Positions 28,946 through 43,719 are shown, counted from the stretch's first letter. The stretch: DNA of 64,000 nucleotides from Octopus vulgaris (GCA_951406725.2 OX597818.1:14446001-14510000); one strand, 5' to 3'. The notes: a model not told the origin generated them from the letters alone. Program-made: numbers and translations.

Positions 28946-31696
28946 AATGCTTAACGCATATACAACATTGTTTAGGCAAGATACTGAGGTCTTCGTCCAA
29001 AATTTTTATAGAGGTGACATCTTGAAGGTACAATATTACAATATTTGCAGCCCCCGTTAATTGCATACACCGAATTTTTATTCAACTCGACAGCTATTCA
29101 CAATAAGATTAAATGCATTATTCACAATTTCATAAATACCGGAGAAGATAGATCTCGTCTAGGCATGTGGCTGTGAATCACTGACAAATTTCAAGTAGGC
29201 AGAAATAATATTACGAACACACACACGTGCATATATGCAATGGTATGTATGTATGTACCCACCTATCTACATATACCCTTATATAACTTCGATGTATTAG
29301 AGGTTGTGTCTGTCTGCATGTGTATATGCGTTTATATGCCTGTGCGTGTAGGTAAGTCTGTGAGAGTATGCGTGTATGGTGGATAGTTAAAAGTTTGCAT
29401 TAAAGAAAAAAAGGTGCGATGTCTGTTGTAAAAAGATTAACAAAAACTATTTTATAAACAATATTTGGCTGTAGTTGTTGCACAAGTTTTTGTGTGTTAA
29501 CCAGAGCTATACTCGCATGGGTGTTATAAAAATTGTTGTTTTGTTGCTTACTTGTTTCTGCTATATTTTGTTGTTGAATTTTATATTCGTTGATTAAGTT
29601 AGCAATCTCTTAACATCTGATGCCATCATGAAATTTAGGATAATAAACAATAAATAACATTTCTTACCTAGAAGCAAAATAAAAATAGATTTGTTTCCTA
29701 GGTGAAATGTAATTTAATGTTTGTACTCTAACATAGAACGAAAAAAAATGTCAAATAAATACACATTATTATTTCTTCTTCGTTTATCAGAAGTGGTATT
29801 CTTGTAGTAGTAAATCACATCTTTTTCATGTCTGTAGTCTTACAAGATTCTTTGCATGAAAAGAAACTGATGGTTTATTTATCAGAAATGCCATTGGTGC
29901 AGCTGTCATTCAAAATACCGAAAAATATTTATTATATCTTCATCGTATTCTATTTTAGATTTTGGCATGAAGGTGGACTACAAAGTCAAGATAAATTAGT
30001 CTGTCACTTAGATTGTTAACCTATTATTACCTTATTGGAATCATGATTGCATCCTGGAGTATTTTATTCTAATATATGCTAATTGGTGGTCTAGCCAATC
30101 TGAGAAAAGAAACAAAGTTGTGCTGTTTGAAGAAGTAGTTATAATGCGATGAGATACCAAAACGCTAAAACTTGCAGAACTAGTCATCGTGTGTAGTGAA
30201 ATCTATACGTAATACATTGGACAACGAATACAGTTAGGCGAGATACTAAGATGTACTACATTTGTGATTTAATTACATAGAAAAGTAACAACAAATCCTA
30301 ATTAACTTATAATATAAACTGCACTATAATTAGCTAAAAACTTAACCATACTATAAGTACACAATACACTTCGTTATAATTAAGGCACAAGACAAGCTAC
30401 ATCATAATTAACTCACAACATGCATTATAAATCAGAAAGCATACAACATTATAAAGCATCACGAAATATATGTACTTCTATAATTATAACTACATATAAC
30501 CCACAACATAAGTTACACTATAATTTACCCACAGTACAAATTGCAATACAGTTAACTCCCAAAGTATATTACATCCAACGTTACTAACAACATAAACGCA
30601 ATCCATCAATCACAGTCGCTAGGCTAAGGAGGCCATAAATACACAGTACGAAATTCAAATTCTCCCTCAAATTTTTTTTGTGTCATGAGCTAACTGCATA
30701 TTTTCAACCTTCTTCCCACTCAGTTCCTTGATACTGCTAAACCACCCACATTCGCAGTATTCCGACATCTGCTTTACGAGAAGATTGTCACTGTATGACT
30801 ATAAACGCTAAAGGAAGATTGTCATTTGATCGCGTTACATATACCAAACCACATTATTTTTCATATTTTTTAAATCACTTTTCTTGAGGTTGAAGCACAG
30901 TGCCCATGCCCCACAGGGCTTCCAAAAATGGTCGTATGAGAGGAAGATAATTAGTCTCTGACCGGAGATTTGAACCGATGACGTGTAATAAAATATTTTT
31001 TCAAAAAAGACACCCAAAGTGAAAACAACTGGTGGAAAAGTATTGCAGTTAGCAATTTTCTCAACAATCGCTTTCTTAGTATGTTCGTTAGTTTGATGTT
31101 CACTGCATACAGTACAACACCATAAAATGTTTTTTTAATAAATTTCATGTCATTGAAACTGCTATGATCTTTCAATTACCTTCAGCATCAAAGTTCAATG
31201 ATTCTCATCCACAATTTACAGTTAAAATCACCAGAGCTTTTGAAAATGTTTTTTTTTAATCCTCCTGATCTTTGTATTTTTCCAAACATATGCAAAAAAG
31301 ATAATAGTCACAAGGCCAGAAAGTTATGGGTGTATTAAACGATTATATTAACTTTATACCTGACTTGTATTTCATTTTATTTAAACTTGAAGGATGAAAA
31401 GCAAACATAACATTGAGAAGATATAAAATCGCATCGTAAAGAGCCATGACATAATGTCTTTAGGTTTTTTCCTAACGCTGTAACAACTCTGTCTCCTCAA
31501 CCCTCTAATGTACTATTCTATAGTTAACTGCATAAACTGAATTAAAATAAAATACACAATGAATAACTCACTACTTTAAGTACAAGATAAATTACCCTAC
31601 ATCATAAAGTAGGATACAAGTAACTAAAAATTACAACACTAGTCTGCAAAAGAAATTTAATAATGATATTGTATTCGCTTTCGCCTATAATTTGTT

Positions 31697-31751
<55 letters not shown>

Positions 31752-32639
31752 ACATTTAGCAATCTTAACCTATCTTAGGAATCTGCTTTATAGTTTGGCT
31801 CTGTGAAAGAGTTTGATTATGTATTTGTGTTTAATATGTTTTTAAAGATCTTTTTTATTAAACTTAGAATGCTTAGAATGCTTAGAAGCATTTTATTAAC
31901 GACCTTCTTTTACCTTCGGACAGAATACAAACTCTGCCGCTGGATATTTTTTATTTATTCTGTGAATATTTACATACTTATATGGGCACACAAAAAATTT
32001 GAATACATTTTCGAAACATTTTTGTAAACAGGAAAATTAATTTGCAAGAAAAAAATTAAAGACAAATAAAAAATGGCAACCCATTAAAGAGCAGGTGCAT
32101 AATTTTCAGTATGCTTCACAAGCAACAACAGATATTAAAACTAATGAAAAGGTGGAAAATCAGTTGGCAATGTAGCCTGCGAGAAAGTAATTCTGAATAT
32201 GGATGAACTAACATAAAAAGCGAATGCAGGTCAGGTATGTCAATAAATCTTTGCTTTCTTGCTAAAAAAAGGAAATAGTAAAAGTGACATACATCTGCTT
32301 ATCAAAATGCAATTGGGTATTAGTAGTCTACCATCAGAAGACCACTTGAAAGAGGTACTGGCTGATATATGGTATATTGATTTCCTTCGAACGGGAAAAG
32401 CTGTATGGGACTGTATGCCTGGTCTGCGAGGCAAGCTTGATTGGTGTACAGCACACTAGCTAACCGAATCATAATGCAACGCATGAGAAAGAGGGATAGA
32501 TAAGTTACACTGAGAGAAAGTTTTAGGGATATTGATTCTCAGCTTGTCACTATGTATATAGTGGAGTACGAAATACTGTAATTACTGAGATGACCAAGAA
32601 TAGCATATTCTATTTCGATATGCAGGTTCTGATGATCCC

Positions 32640-33260
32640 GTAGACTTCCAAACCGTCCTCGGGTTGCAGAAAGAAGAGCGATTCTATTGATAATGCTAGA
32701 GAAAATGTTCAGCTGTTACTGATTTGGAATTATGGGCCTTTTAGGGGCTTTTGGCTCTGAGAAAACGGGTAAGTGGAGGAGGTAAGAGAGTGGTGGAAAG
32801 CAGTATATCCAGCAAAAATAGCTGCACGTTCCATAACTTACACAAACTTACCGATACCATTAATGGTTGCATTTCCAGAAACACCAATGGCTGTAACATC
32901 GACGAAGAAGAAAGAAATCGCCACACTGCCAGAAACCAACGACAAAGAGTATTCCAACGAACCGGCCACAATCAAATGTGGCATCATTTCCTTTGGATGT
33001 TGAGAAAATAGATAATGTGGAATGATGACAAATTTTCGGGGAATACTGGAAATACTAAAATTTCTGTAAAAGGCCCCAAAACAGAGAAGTGTATCTTAAG
33101 AAACTGCAAGTAAAAAGCACGTGGTGTGGTCTAGTGTTTGGAAATGTATGACATCTAGAGTTCTTCGTATACCAAACCATCAATGGATTGATTATTATAA
33201 ATGACATAGAAAAAGACTTTCGAAAAGCATCAGTTGTAGATTTGCGAGATAGGCTCCGGT
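32640..33260 (+). mobile_element. Possible very old Gypsy integrase remnant
   Basis: Weak ordered echoes only: G.GSEKT, EEVREW, PLMVAFPETP and a .QTINGL motif. Confidence 0.25.
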
Positions 33261-33952
33261 TGCACGGAACATATAAGCGATTGACGACTAAGAAGAGCTA
33301 AATTAAGTTATTTGAACCGGTTTACCTTAACGATCAAGAGGGCGTTGATTCTTTCTTCCTAGCACCAAACATGAGTCGTTTACGGACATATTTCTGGCTT
33401 CTATTTTGAGTAGCGATGTAGAGAGAAAAGCAGTTATGGTCGAGGTGCAACCTAATCAATCATAAGAGGCGTCCACTTGTTTTACATAAAAATAGCTGAA
33501 ATTATTGGAACTTGCTTGTGTGATACACTTTCCTCGAGTTTCTTTTCTCAAAATTGAAACGGTTCTTACGTACAGAGAGAATTTACTAAAATTTTAAGAT
33601 TCATGAAGGAAAGCAGAATTAATTTCAAGCGAAAGAATCACAAAATTCCATACGCATACAATCTGGATTTCTGATTTAGGATTAAGAGCGAACTTTGAAA
33701 GTAGATGAGAAATAGTCGATTCGTACTAGACTTGTATTTTATGTTACCTGGCGTAGTGGGATGGAAAGTAGATTTGACTCTGGCAGAGATTGAACTCTAA
33801 ACTTAACGAGTGGAAAGAAATATCGCTAAACGTTTTTCCAACGCTCTAACGATGCTTTCAACTTGTGCTATAGTAACATACTTCTGATATTGATTTATAA
33901 TTTTGTGCGTGTGTATATGTGCATGTATGCGTCTGAATATATATATATACAA

Positions 33953-34000
<48 letters not shown>

Positions 34001-35061
34001 GTTATTTAGAGATAGAAGTCCCCATGCAATTCATGAAACCCTAATATACTTCCCACCATATAATAGAATTTTATTTAAATACTAATCATTTCTAAATTTG
34101 CCTGCTACACGTGTTTCATGAGGTGCGTCTAACGTTCCTTATGCACGCAGTCTTTTACAGGAACATTTCTTAAACACAACCCCAATCGTCAAGCCTCTTG
34201 ATAACTTTATTATAATTCAATACCAATTACTATATAATAGTTTAAAAGAAACAGCAAGTAGCTGGCAGTGTAGATATTTTCGCCGAGCCATGCGACGTTA
34301 AGCTGAACTTAGCACATAGTATGACCATGGTAGTCAACGGTAGTTTGTACATACATATTTTTTACGATATTTTTACAATATTTTAATGTTATTTTTACGT
34401 TATTACGCTCTAAGTTTTACTTTGTAAATTACTATGTTTTATCATTTGTAATTTTTTTCTCCGTAGATTTCGTTTACATATCTTTTTTGTATTTTGTCAT
34501 TCATCCGCATTTGTTTATATCCACTTTTAACTATAGTTTTTATTCGAATATATATTTCTTTCTCATTGTTTATTTTTATCATCACTGTATTATATAGTCT
34601 TTTCATTACTATATCATCACTATTATATATTTTAATTTTCATTCCTACATATTATTAATTTATATGCATGTTTATAGGCATAAGTCACGTTTGAATTTAG
34701 TTTTGTAATTTTTTAATGTTTAATCAATTAAATTATGGCTTGCACAGCAAGGTTCGGCGAATTTATTTGCACGTACGCATATTTGTCTGTTAATTACATT
34801 CGTAACTGTTAAAATATTAAAATATAGTAATTGATATTGAATTATAATAAAGTTATTAAGGGGCCTGACGATTGGGATTGCGTTTAAGAAATGTTTCCTG
34901 TAAAAGACTGCGTGTAGAAGGAACGTTAAACGCACTTCACGAAATACGTGTAGCAGACAAATTTAGAAATGGTTAGTAAGTATTTAAATAAAATTCTATT
35001 ATATGGTGGGAAGTATATTAGGATTTGATGAATTGCATGGGGACTTCTATCTCTAAATAAC
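34001..35061. mobile_element. Foldback / long-TIR non-autonomous DNA element
   Basis: 34001 to about 34236 is the reverse complement of about 34822 to 35061 with scattered mismatches. Ends are gttatttagagatagaagtcccc and ggggacttctatctctaaataac. Sits next to a TA/CA repeat. Confidence 0.9.
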
Positions 35062-38018
35062 ATATATTTCCTTATTGAGAATAATTCATTTTATTTGAAT
35101 CCCTGTGACGCCGGAATTTTTATTCCCTAATAAATAAAATAATATATACCGAATGTTTTATAGTTTCTCTATGGCTTGCAGACCTAGTGGTGAATAGGTT
35201 CAACTACTTTCTTGATTAACTCAATAAGTGTCTTAAGTTCCTCAGATCACACAATTGAATGCTGTACAAGATCAACACTGGGCACAAAAATCCATTGCTT
35301 TGGCATTTACGCAACATAATCAACAACCACTAAAATATATGTAAAGCAAGGGCACACCGACCTAAAATAGGTTATTATATCTTCTCTGATCTCATCATTT
35401 TTCATCAGTGTTACCGCCATCCTGCTTACTCGACTAGGAAAGGACCCAATGTGTTGACAGTTTCCTGCAAAAGCCCTAGCACAGTTTCGTCAACTGAATT
35501 CCAAGTCAAGTACTGGGTCGATGATATCGATTAATCTCCTTCACAACAAAATTGTTCACCATGTTGTACCTAATATAAAAACAGTTACCACTGATAAGTG
35601 TTCTACAATTTTTAGAATCTGAGCATTTAAATCATTTTAAGCATTAATCTAATTTATCTCAAACATTTCTTCCTTCTTGGTTTTCTTTTTAAATTTGGTT
35701 GCTGTGTACTTCATCTAATCGATTCCTTAAAATGAATTTGGCCTCGGTTTAATTGTCTTGTATCTGTTTTGTTTATTTTATATTCTGTTGGTATTTTTTG
35801 CTGTTAATAGCTTCCAAACTCTATTAAGATGCATTGCTCGCAAAATATGAAGTAAAAAAATAATCGGAATTATTAAGTTATTGAACTTTAAGAGAATTAT
35901 TATAACTGTATGTCAATGGTTTAGGATACAACTAGACTATGAAATATCGAATGTACAACAGGTCTTACAAATAGATATATCAATGCAGTATTCGTGCAGT
36001 AATAAGAAAACCAAGAAAGCTAAAGAGAGAAGAAAAAAATTAATTTAACAAAAATACTTATCACACCTGATTATAATCTACCCATCCGATTTACCTGCAA
36101 GAAACAGGATTCACACCAAACCCTAACTCAAATTATACTCTATCGTCCTTTAAACATAGTATCATAAAATATATAATTTACTTCCAGATATATTTCCTTC
36201 AACTAAAGATACAAGACCTGAAATTTTGGGAGATGGGACTAGTACAAGTAAAATGCAAAGTCAACCTCGATAAGAATTGAACTCTGGATGTATGTAAAAC
36301 CTAGAGAAATTCTGCAAAAGGTTTTACCCTGCAAGTTAATGATTCTGCCTTAGTTCTAGATATATTACAAGATAGAATGATTATGCTAAAATGCTTTTGA
36401 TTGGCCATTGAGAAACTTGTTTGAGGGTTAACTTGAGACTAAGCAATAGCAAAAATCATAAACTGAATGAAAGGAATGACATTTTTTTCTTTTTTTCTTC
36501 TTTCTCTTATTATAAATATGACGGAAAATGAATAGTGACTGAAATCTATCATGATTATTTTTGCGAGCACAGACATTGGTGTCATAATTTTTTTTAGAAT
36601 TTCTATAAATAATTTGGAAATAAATTCTTGACATTCACAGATAATTGAATTGTAGAAATATTAAAGGTGTTAAGCGTTCAGAATAAATGACTCTGTTGTC
36701 TTAACAAGAATAAAACAATTCCTAGCAGGGACTAGATATTCAGTAGGCTTTGCGATCAACTTACTACAATATTTCACCTTTAACACTCTAGTTTTTTTGG
36801 CATATTGCCTACTATTTGCATTTGTCAGTACTTAATTTAAAATAGTATTGTTTATATTATTATTTTTTCACTACCAGGTGATGAGGTGACTGAATCGTTA
36901 GCGTGTCGGATAAAATAATTAGCGGCATGTTGTAGGTTCAAACCCATTGCATTTCATCTTTAGCGACCTTTCAAGTTCTGGAAACGATTTAAACGATTTG
37001 CTTCCTCCATTCAAAATTACTGGTTTTGTGGTAAAATGAGAAAGGATTATTTGATTAATACTTAATTATTAATTATTTGTTTAAATGTGTAAAATGTATC
37101 CCATAACATATTAATACGTTTGAGTCGATGATTTCAGTAAATAAATAGAAGTAATTACCAGTTTTTAAGACTAAAATCTTATTAGTAAATGCCACAATCC
37201 TGCGCAAAACAACCTTTGTTAAAATGTGATTGCTGCGCAGAACAGCCTTTATTGAAACATAATTGCTAAGATCGCAGTTAATAAATAAATGTGAAATTGC
37301 TGCTTTAAATGTAACAAATTAGAAGACTTATAATGATATAGGCGCTCTCAAGATACTGTAGATAAGAAGCTATTTCACATTACTTGCACTGTTAAAGGTT
37401 TTAAAAAAGAAAAAGAAATTGAAAGTCACAGCTTTTCTTTTGTTAGCTCTTAATAACATAGAAAGCTTCATGTGGTTAGCAAATAAATTAACGAGTTGAT
37501 TGAATACAGATCTCCAGCAACCTATTAGTCTAGTTGTTAGACGTTAGGCACGTGATTATAATGTCATCGTTTCGATTCTCAGACTGGGCGGTACACATTT
37601 CATTTCACGTTGTGCTATTCTACTAATCTGATAGTGTTGACCAACCTAGTAATGTCCCCTCTATCTGTCCGCTGTTAAGAGGGTTGAGCGAGTGTCTATG
37701 CTGTTTTGCGACTATATAGGTACCTAAAACAATTAGCGAAAACATGCTGTATGGATGCAGGTCAAAGTCGTTCTCGAATATGCTTTTGCTTTTGAGGTGT
37801 GTATATCATGTACATCTATATAAAATTAGATATGGAAGTAGGTTTCTCGTTTATTGCTTGTATATTATGGAAGAAACGGGCGTTTCTTTGAGACTGGTAT
37901 GATGGTGTTATAAGGATATTACAGCTTCACATTTTCGAATGCTCCATCAGCTGTTCTACAGATACTGCACGCCGTTATGTTTAATTGTAGGATTCATTGA
38001 TAAATTTGACAGTATTAA

Positions 38019-38029
38019 AATAATAATAA

Positions 38030-38113
<84 letters not shown>

Positions 38114-38150
38114 CGGTGGTGGTGGTGGTGGTGGTAGTAGTAGTAGTAAT
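38019..38150. repeat. (TAG)n / (GTG)n microsatellite
   Basis: Direct inspection. Confidence 0.95.
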
Positions 38151-38622
38151 AAATGATGATAATAAATAATAAGTCACGAATTACAAAGTGAACTTCTTAC
38201 AGACATAACCATACTTGCGCCTGTTCAAGGAAATAAGTTCCCCTGAATGACTGGTTACAAGTTGTATTATAAACGTACGTGTTTGAAAAGTGTACTGGAA
38301 TAGATCTGATACATACACACTGAGACAATGATAATCGTTTATCTCCTCAAGTTACGCTAGTCCGAATCGAAACACATAATCTGCAGACAACAATACTGAG
38401 ATCAATGAGTACACCGATATGATAGAATTGGATTTCTATTATACAGAACAATGAATAGAGTGATCTGTTGGAATAAATCATTTATTCACGGCAATGGCAC
38501 ATTGACAAGACAGTAACATGGGTCATTGGTTGGTGAACTTAGAAATCTTGACAAACGTTGTTAATAGAACAAAAAGTTACAAAGGTCCAATGTCAGAAAT
38601 GTTGTTAATATTTGAAAGATCG

Positions 38623-38836
38623 GAGACGGCGAGCTGGCAGAAACGTTAGCACGCCGGCTGAAATGCTTACTGGTATTGTCTGTCTTTACGTTCTGAGTTC
38701 AAATTCCGCCGAGTTCGACTTTGACTTTCATCCTTTCGAGGTCGATAAATTAAGTACCAGTTGCGTACTGGGGTCGATCTAATCGAGTGGCCCCCTCCCC
38801 CCAAATTTTCGGCCCTTGTACCTAAAGTAGACAAGG
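38623..38836 (+). mobile_element. Full-length Meta-type SINE with 15-bp target-site duplication
   Basis: TSD atatttgaaag(a/c)tcg at 38608-38622 and 38837-38851. tRNA-like head ggcgagctggcagaaacgttagc..gagttcaaattcc. Confidence 0.92.
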
Positions 38837-41341
38837 ATATTTGAAAGCTCGATTGACATCGGTGCCATTTGAATTCAGAAAGTCAATTCACTACAACAAA
38901 CAATTCACGCCAATTTCCTTCAAGCTCTCATAATAGTGGCAATCTATTGTTTCCAAACCAAGCAAGCAATTTTAAAAGGATTGATTTTATCGATTCCAGA
39001 AAGGTGAAAGACAATGTTGGCCTTAGCAGGATTTGAAATCAGAACGTAAAGTTACGGAACAAACCCCGCAAGGCATCTTGTGCCACGCTCGAACAGTTCT
39101 ACCGTACAAAACAGTGTTCCTAACATAGGCATAAGGTCACTAATTTTTGAGACGAAGGAATTAGTCGATACCATCGACCATAGTACTTTGACTAGAGCTT
39201 GACTTTATTGGCCCAGGAAAGATTAAAGCCACAGCAGACCCTGATGGGATTTGAATACACAATTTAGAGATATGGAAGCATCACCACAAAGCAAGCGTTT
39301 CGGGTCTTTTGTTTTTATTTTTATTTTTTGTTTTCATTTGTTTTCCTACTTTTGAACAATTCTTTAACTGATACCTCATGTTTTTTATCACAAAAATCTC
39401 GAAAGTAAAGAGAACATGAAGAGCCACAATGCACTTTTCCGACAACCTAATGATTCTTCCGGTTCGTCGTTTCTAATTTAGGCACAATACCAGCAGCGTC
39501 AATCCCACAACTTAACTGGTAATTACGTTATCGACCCCGGAGGGATGAAAGGCAAAGTTGACTTCAGGTGAGGACAGAAACACTGGTGATCCTAACGCAA
39601 ACATCGGCTTGATCCAAAGAGATCAGAAACTCAATGTAACTCATGAGGTAGAGATTCTCAAGGATAGAAATTCTCACTATCGTGCAGTTCTGAGCTTTCT
39701 TGACCAGACTATCAAAGACAAGCGCCAAGCTCGATGCTAAATCCATAGTGAAAAATCTAAAACTCTGTATTAGGCAGAGTTATGTGGTGAAAACCCGTAA
39801 GTGACATTTTACTGGTCCGAGGGTTTCTTTAAAACTCTGTTATCTCTTCTCGATTCACAGAACTAGGAATTCTCCATTCCAGCCGGCAGATGCAGCAGTT
39901 GAGACAAGTTATCAACGTCCAAGTTGTATGTATGCAAACCTCTTAGAGCAGACACTCCAAACATAGTGATTTTCCATTTCATGCATTTATTTATCGTCAT
40001 CCATAACTTAGCTACTTCTTAAGACTTTTTTGGACACACCAGGTTCTCTGACAATAGTTGGTATTAAAGTCCACTGCGGTTTCCGACAACCGTTCGCCTC
40101 TACATCATACATATTCTTTCCTCATTTTCCCGGGTTTACATGGGAAGAATACCTCAAGTTAATGTTATAAGTACAACGATGCTTCCATCCATGCGGTATC
40201 AATCGTATTACTTTTACCTGTAAAGGGACACAACACCAGAATAACCTTGCAATTATGAGGGATCCTTAAGAATATACATGTTCATGTTGACTCCTCTGGG
40301 ACTATTTATCAACTCTAATTACTTGTGTACTCATCAGTTTCCCAAATTACTCTACAAATTGACTGATCAAATCGTCAGTAGTAATTGTAAGCTTGTGGCT
40401 TTCATCCTTGCCTTAACCTACTTTATGTACTGTGACATGTGATATGAGCGAGTATTTTAGGCACAATTTCTACATGTTTCTGACTAGTGGCCTCAGTTTC
40501 GAATAGTAGAGCGAGGGTTACATGCATTTTCCTCTTCTCTATAGACGAAATATTAACCCAAACTTCTGCAAGAAATAACAGTTTTCTCATTGCTCGCTTC
40601 TTTATATGTTCTTAGGTAAGTAGATGGAGCTCTTGTGAACCTTTGCGATGGGTCCTTTTCAGGTTATGCTTATTTATATTTGAATATTCGACTTAGGAAG
40701 TAATGGAGGTTAGCTAGGAAAACTGATTCTACGTGTACAATTCTTGCATGTTGATATTCGTGTCTGATGTGAATGTTGATGTTCTTGTCAAAATAATTCG
40801 CTGAATTTGCAGATTAATAAACTACATGTTTGTGTTTATTGTTATTCAACATATATGTTTATTTAGTTATTTATGTATTTATTGGCATTCCAAAATTGTA
40901 ACCCTAATTTTGCTTTTTACTCCGATGCTCATTGCTTCCATTGGTGACTGAACACAATCACGAACAAATTTGAACTAAATTTGCGAATTTGACAAATATT
41001 AAATAAAACCATCTGTCTTCTAAAACAGGCTTAATCAACAAAAATACGCAGAACCATTAATCGATTTACTTGTAAACCAGACGGTGGTAATAGCTAGCTT
41101 GGAAGTAGGCGTTTATATTCATTGCATGTGGTATTTATATCCAAACAATCTCAAGTTGACCACTCTCTAAAATAGGAAAGGAAAATCTTTAATGAAATTT
41201 CTGTTTTTTTTAACATTAATAAAATTGATACACACGTAACATATTGCATTACTTTTTACTTTTTAAAATATTGCAGAAACAGTTTTCCATAACTCAATAA
41301 TGGGAGTGAACAAAAACAAGTCCACTCAAAACACTATAATT

Positions 41342-41373
<32 letters not shown>

Positions 41374-41374
41374 T

Positions 41375-41410
<36 letters not shown>

Positions 41411-41412
<2 letters not shown>

Positions 41413-42467
41413 AACGGATTAGGTATGCTGTGGCTTCTATGCGCAGAGGCGCACTTAGGTTACGCTACCTGAAACAAATTTTGGACGCTGGACGTCTGTG
41501 GGCACCGTTTGTGAGATTCGTCTTTCTGCAGCTCGTCTCCTTTGCGGAGCTGCACTCCTGGGTGAAGAAAAGACCGAGACTGTGCGCCTGGCACATAGAA
41601 TGTTGTCAAGCTCTCACAGCCCTGGACCAGTCGGGCAATAGGATGTGTGGATGTTTCGCTTTAGAAATTTATACAGGAAGTGCGACGACGTTCTCGGGGA
41701 GACTCTGGACGCCGACGAAAACTAACTGGCTACTCTGTTACGGAGCACTCACCGATCGGGAACTATCATGGATAATTTCCAGATGCCCTTCGCCTTGCAC
41801 TGCTACCGGGAGGAGGACGCTAATCATTCGAGATAAAGTCAATAAGCACGGATGTGCTATCAAGTGGGCTTGGCTGAGGTGCACGCTGTTGTGACGTGTG
41901 GGACGGATCTGTTTATCGGCAGGCAAGGCAGTTTTCCTTTGCCTGGTGGCTGTGGCAAAAGAGATTGTTTGGTGGACAAGACTGAAAGGCATGAGGACAA
42001 ATAATCTTCTTTGGTGGTGCTCTCATTGACGTCAAGCTTCACTTGAAAAGGAAATTTAGGATAGAGATAGAAGTGCTGCACTCAAGTGAGTTTATTGAAA
42101 GTTGGGGGAAGTCACGAAAATGGCAAGAGTGGATGTAACTTCTCTTAGTATAGACCCGTAAGATGGAGGGAATGAATTGAAGAGGACACTTATTCTTGGT
42201 GTTCAAGGAAATCTCGGACAGTGGGATTTCCCAATTACCCCTAGAGGTCATCCTATATCAGGAGGGCTGCATCTCTATCATCCTCCCTGGCCTTTTTTTG
42301 CTCTTTAGACCTTTATATACTATGTATATTTCCCTTTCATTATATACCGTGTATACTTACTTATTTTGTTACCTATTTCATTATTTTATCATTTCATTAT
42401 GTGTAAACACGTACAGTTTATGTCTGTCTTTGTATGTCCCCCTCATTCTGGTAGCCAATAAATGAAA
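41411..42467 (+). mobile_element. Tx1/L1-clade LINE 3' fragment with 3' UTR
   Basis: ..LIIRDKVNKHG..W.RC, AVFLCLVAVAKEIVWWTRLKG, HLKRKFRIE..F.ESW resemble a Tx1 ORF2 C-terminus. T-rich UTR ends gccaataaatgaaa. Confidence 0.7.
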
Positions 42468-42480
42468 TTATTGTTATTAT

Positions 42481-43719
42481 ATGAAAACTCACAGCATTTT
42501 TCTGGGTATGATGAAATGCGTCAGCTGTCCACAGCCAGCAGACTAAGGTGGAACTTGTTTACTGGTCCTGTTTCAAGAATCCTGCGAAGAATTCTCGCAG
42601 TTCCGAGCAATGCCAATTTTTGTAGGTATTCTACCTTCATACTTGCACCGATCTTTTTCAGCCATGTTGCTAGTTGAGTGCTGATACTTCCAAGTGTACC
42701 ACTTACTATTGCCATCACGTCTACTCTCTTCATTGACCACAACCTCCGTATTTCCTACTTTAAATCGTTATAGTTGTTTATTTATTTTTCTTCTTTCAAT
42801 TTGATCCTGTTGTCAACGAGGCATGCTACGTCGATTATTATACATGTTCTTTTCTATTCACCACAGCAATGTCTGGTAAGGTGATCGTACTGGGTCACTG
42901 CATCCCACAGGATATTGCAATTTTCATTTTCGGTGCCTCCTTCTAAAGTTTTCTCATACCATGTCTTTGCTCTTTGTAGGCCGTGATTTTCACAAAGCTT
43001 CCAATGGATCATTCTTGCCACATTGTCATGGCGTCTTTTGTATTTGCGTTGGGCCAATTTCGGGCATTCACTTACGATGTGCCATACCGTTTCATCCTTC
43101 TCACCACACATTCTACATTTGTCGCTATCGGTAGTGTTCTTTATTCTGCACTTCATATAATTGGCCCTTAACGCTTGTTCCTGAACTGCGCATATGAGTG
43201 CTTCTATTTCTATCTTCAGGCCACACCTCCACATCCATAGCTACTGGTCCTCTGTATCTGTCTTGACGTTCACATGTCTAGCAAACTTACCGTATGTTTT
43301 TTTCCTTCCATGCTTTTTCGTTTTATTTTTTCATTTCTTATTTAGCATTTTCTTTAGCTACACAATTTTCAGTTTTGATGACGCTGGCCTTCTTCGTGTT
43401 TCAACAGTGGCTCCTCGCCATTTTTATATCCCACTTTTGGCTGTTTTCCTCTGTTTCGATATCGCCCACGTATTAACTGCTTGGATATTATTCCATCCAG
43501 TCAATTTTGAGCGCAACATCAACCTGTCTTCGGAAATACTCCATCCTCAGTTGCTCTTTCATTTCTTTTTCCATTATCTCGTTGAACTCGAGTACACCAA
43601 GGTATTTGCATCCTTCCGTTTCAATTCGTTTAATCAAGTCTCAATATGGTAATTCTATCGCTGCTAGGGACTGTATCTTGCCTTTTTTTAGGTAAAATAT
43701 TTCGCCCTTCTTGAGTCCA

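Noticed and set aside
41410-41420. TGTAAC start suggesting a solo LTR
   Set aside because: The TG comes from the (TTG)n repeat, and the interior translates as Tx1 LINE C-terminus.
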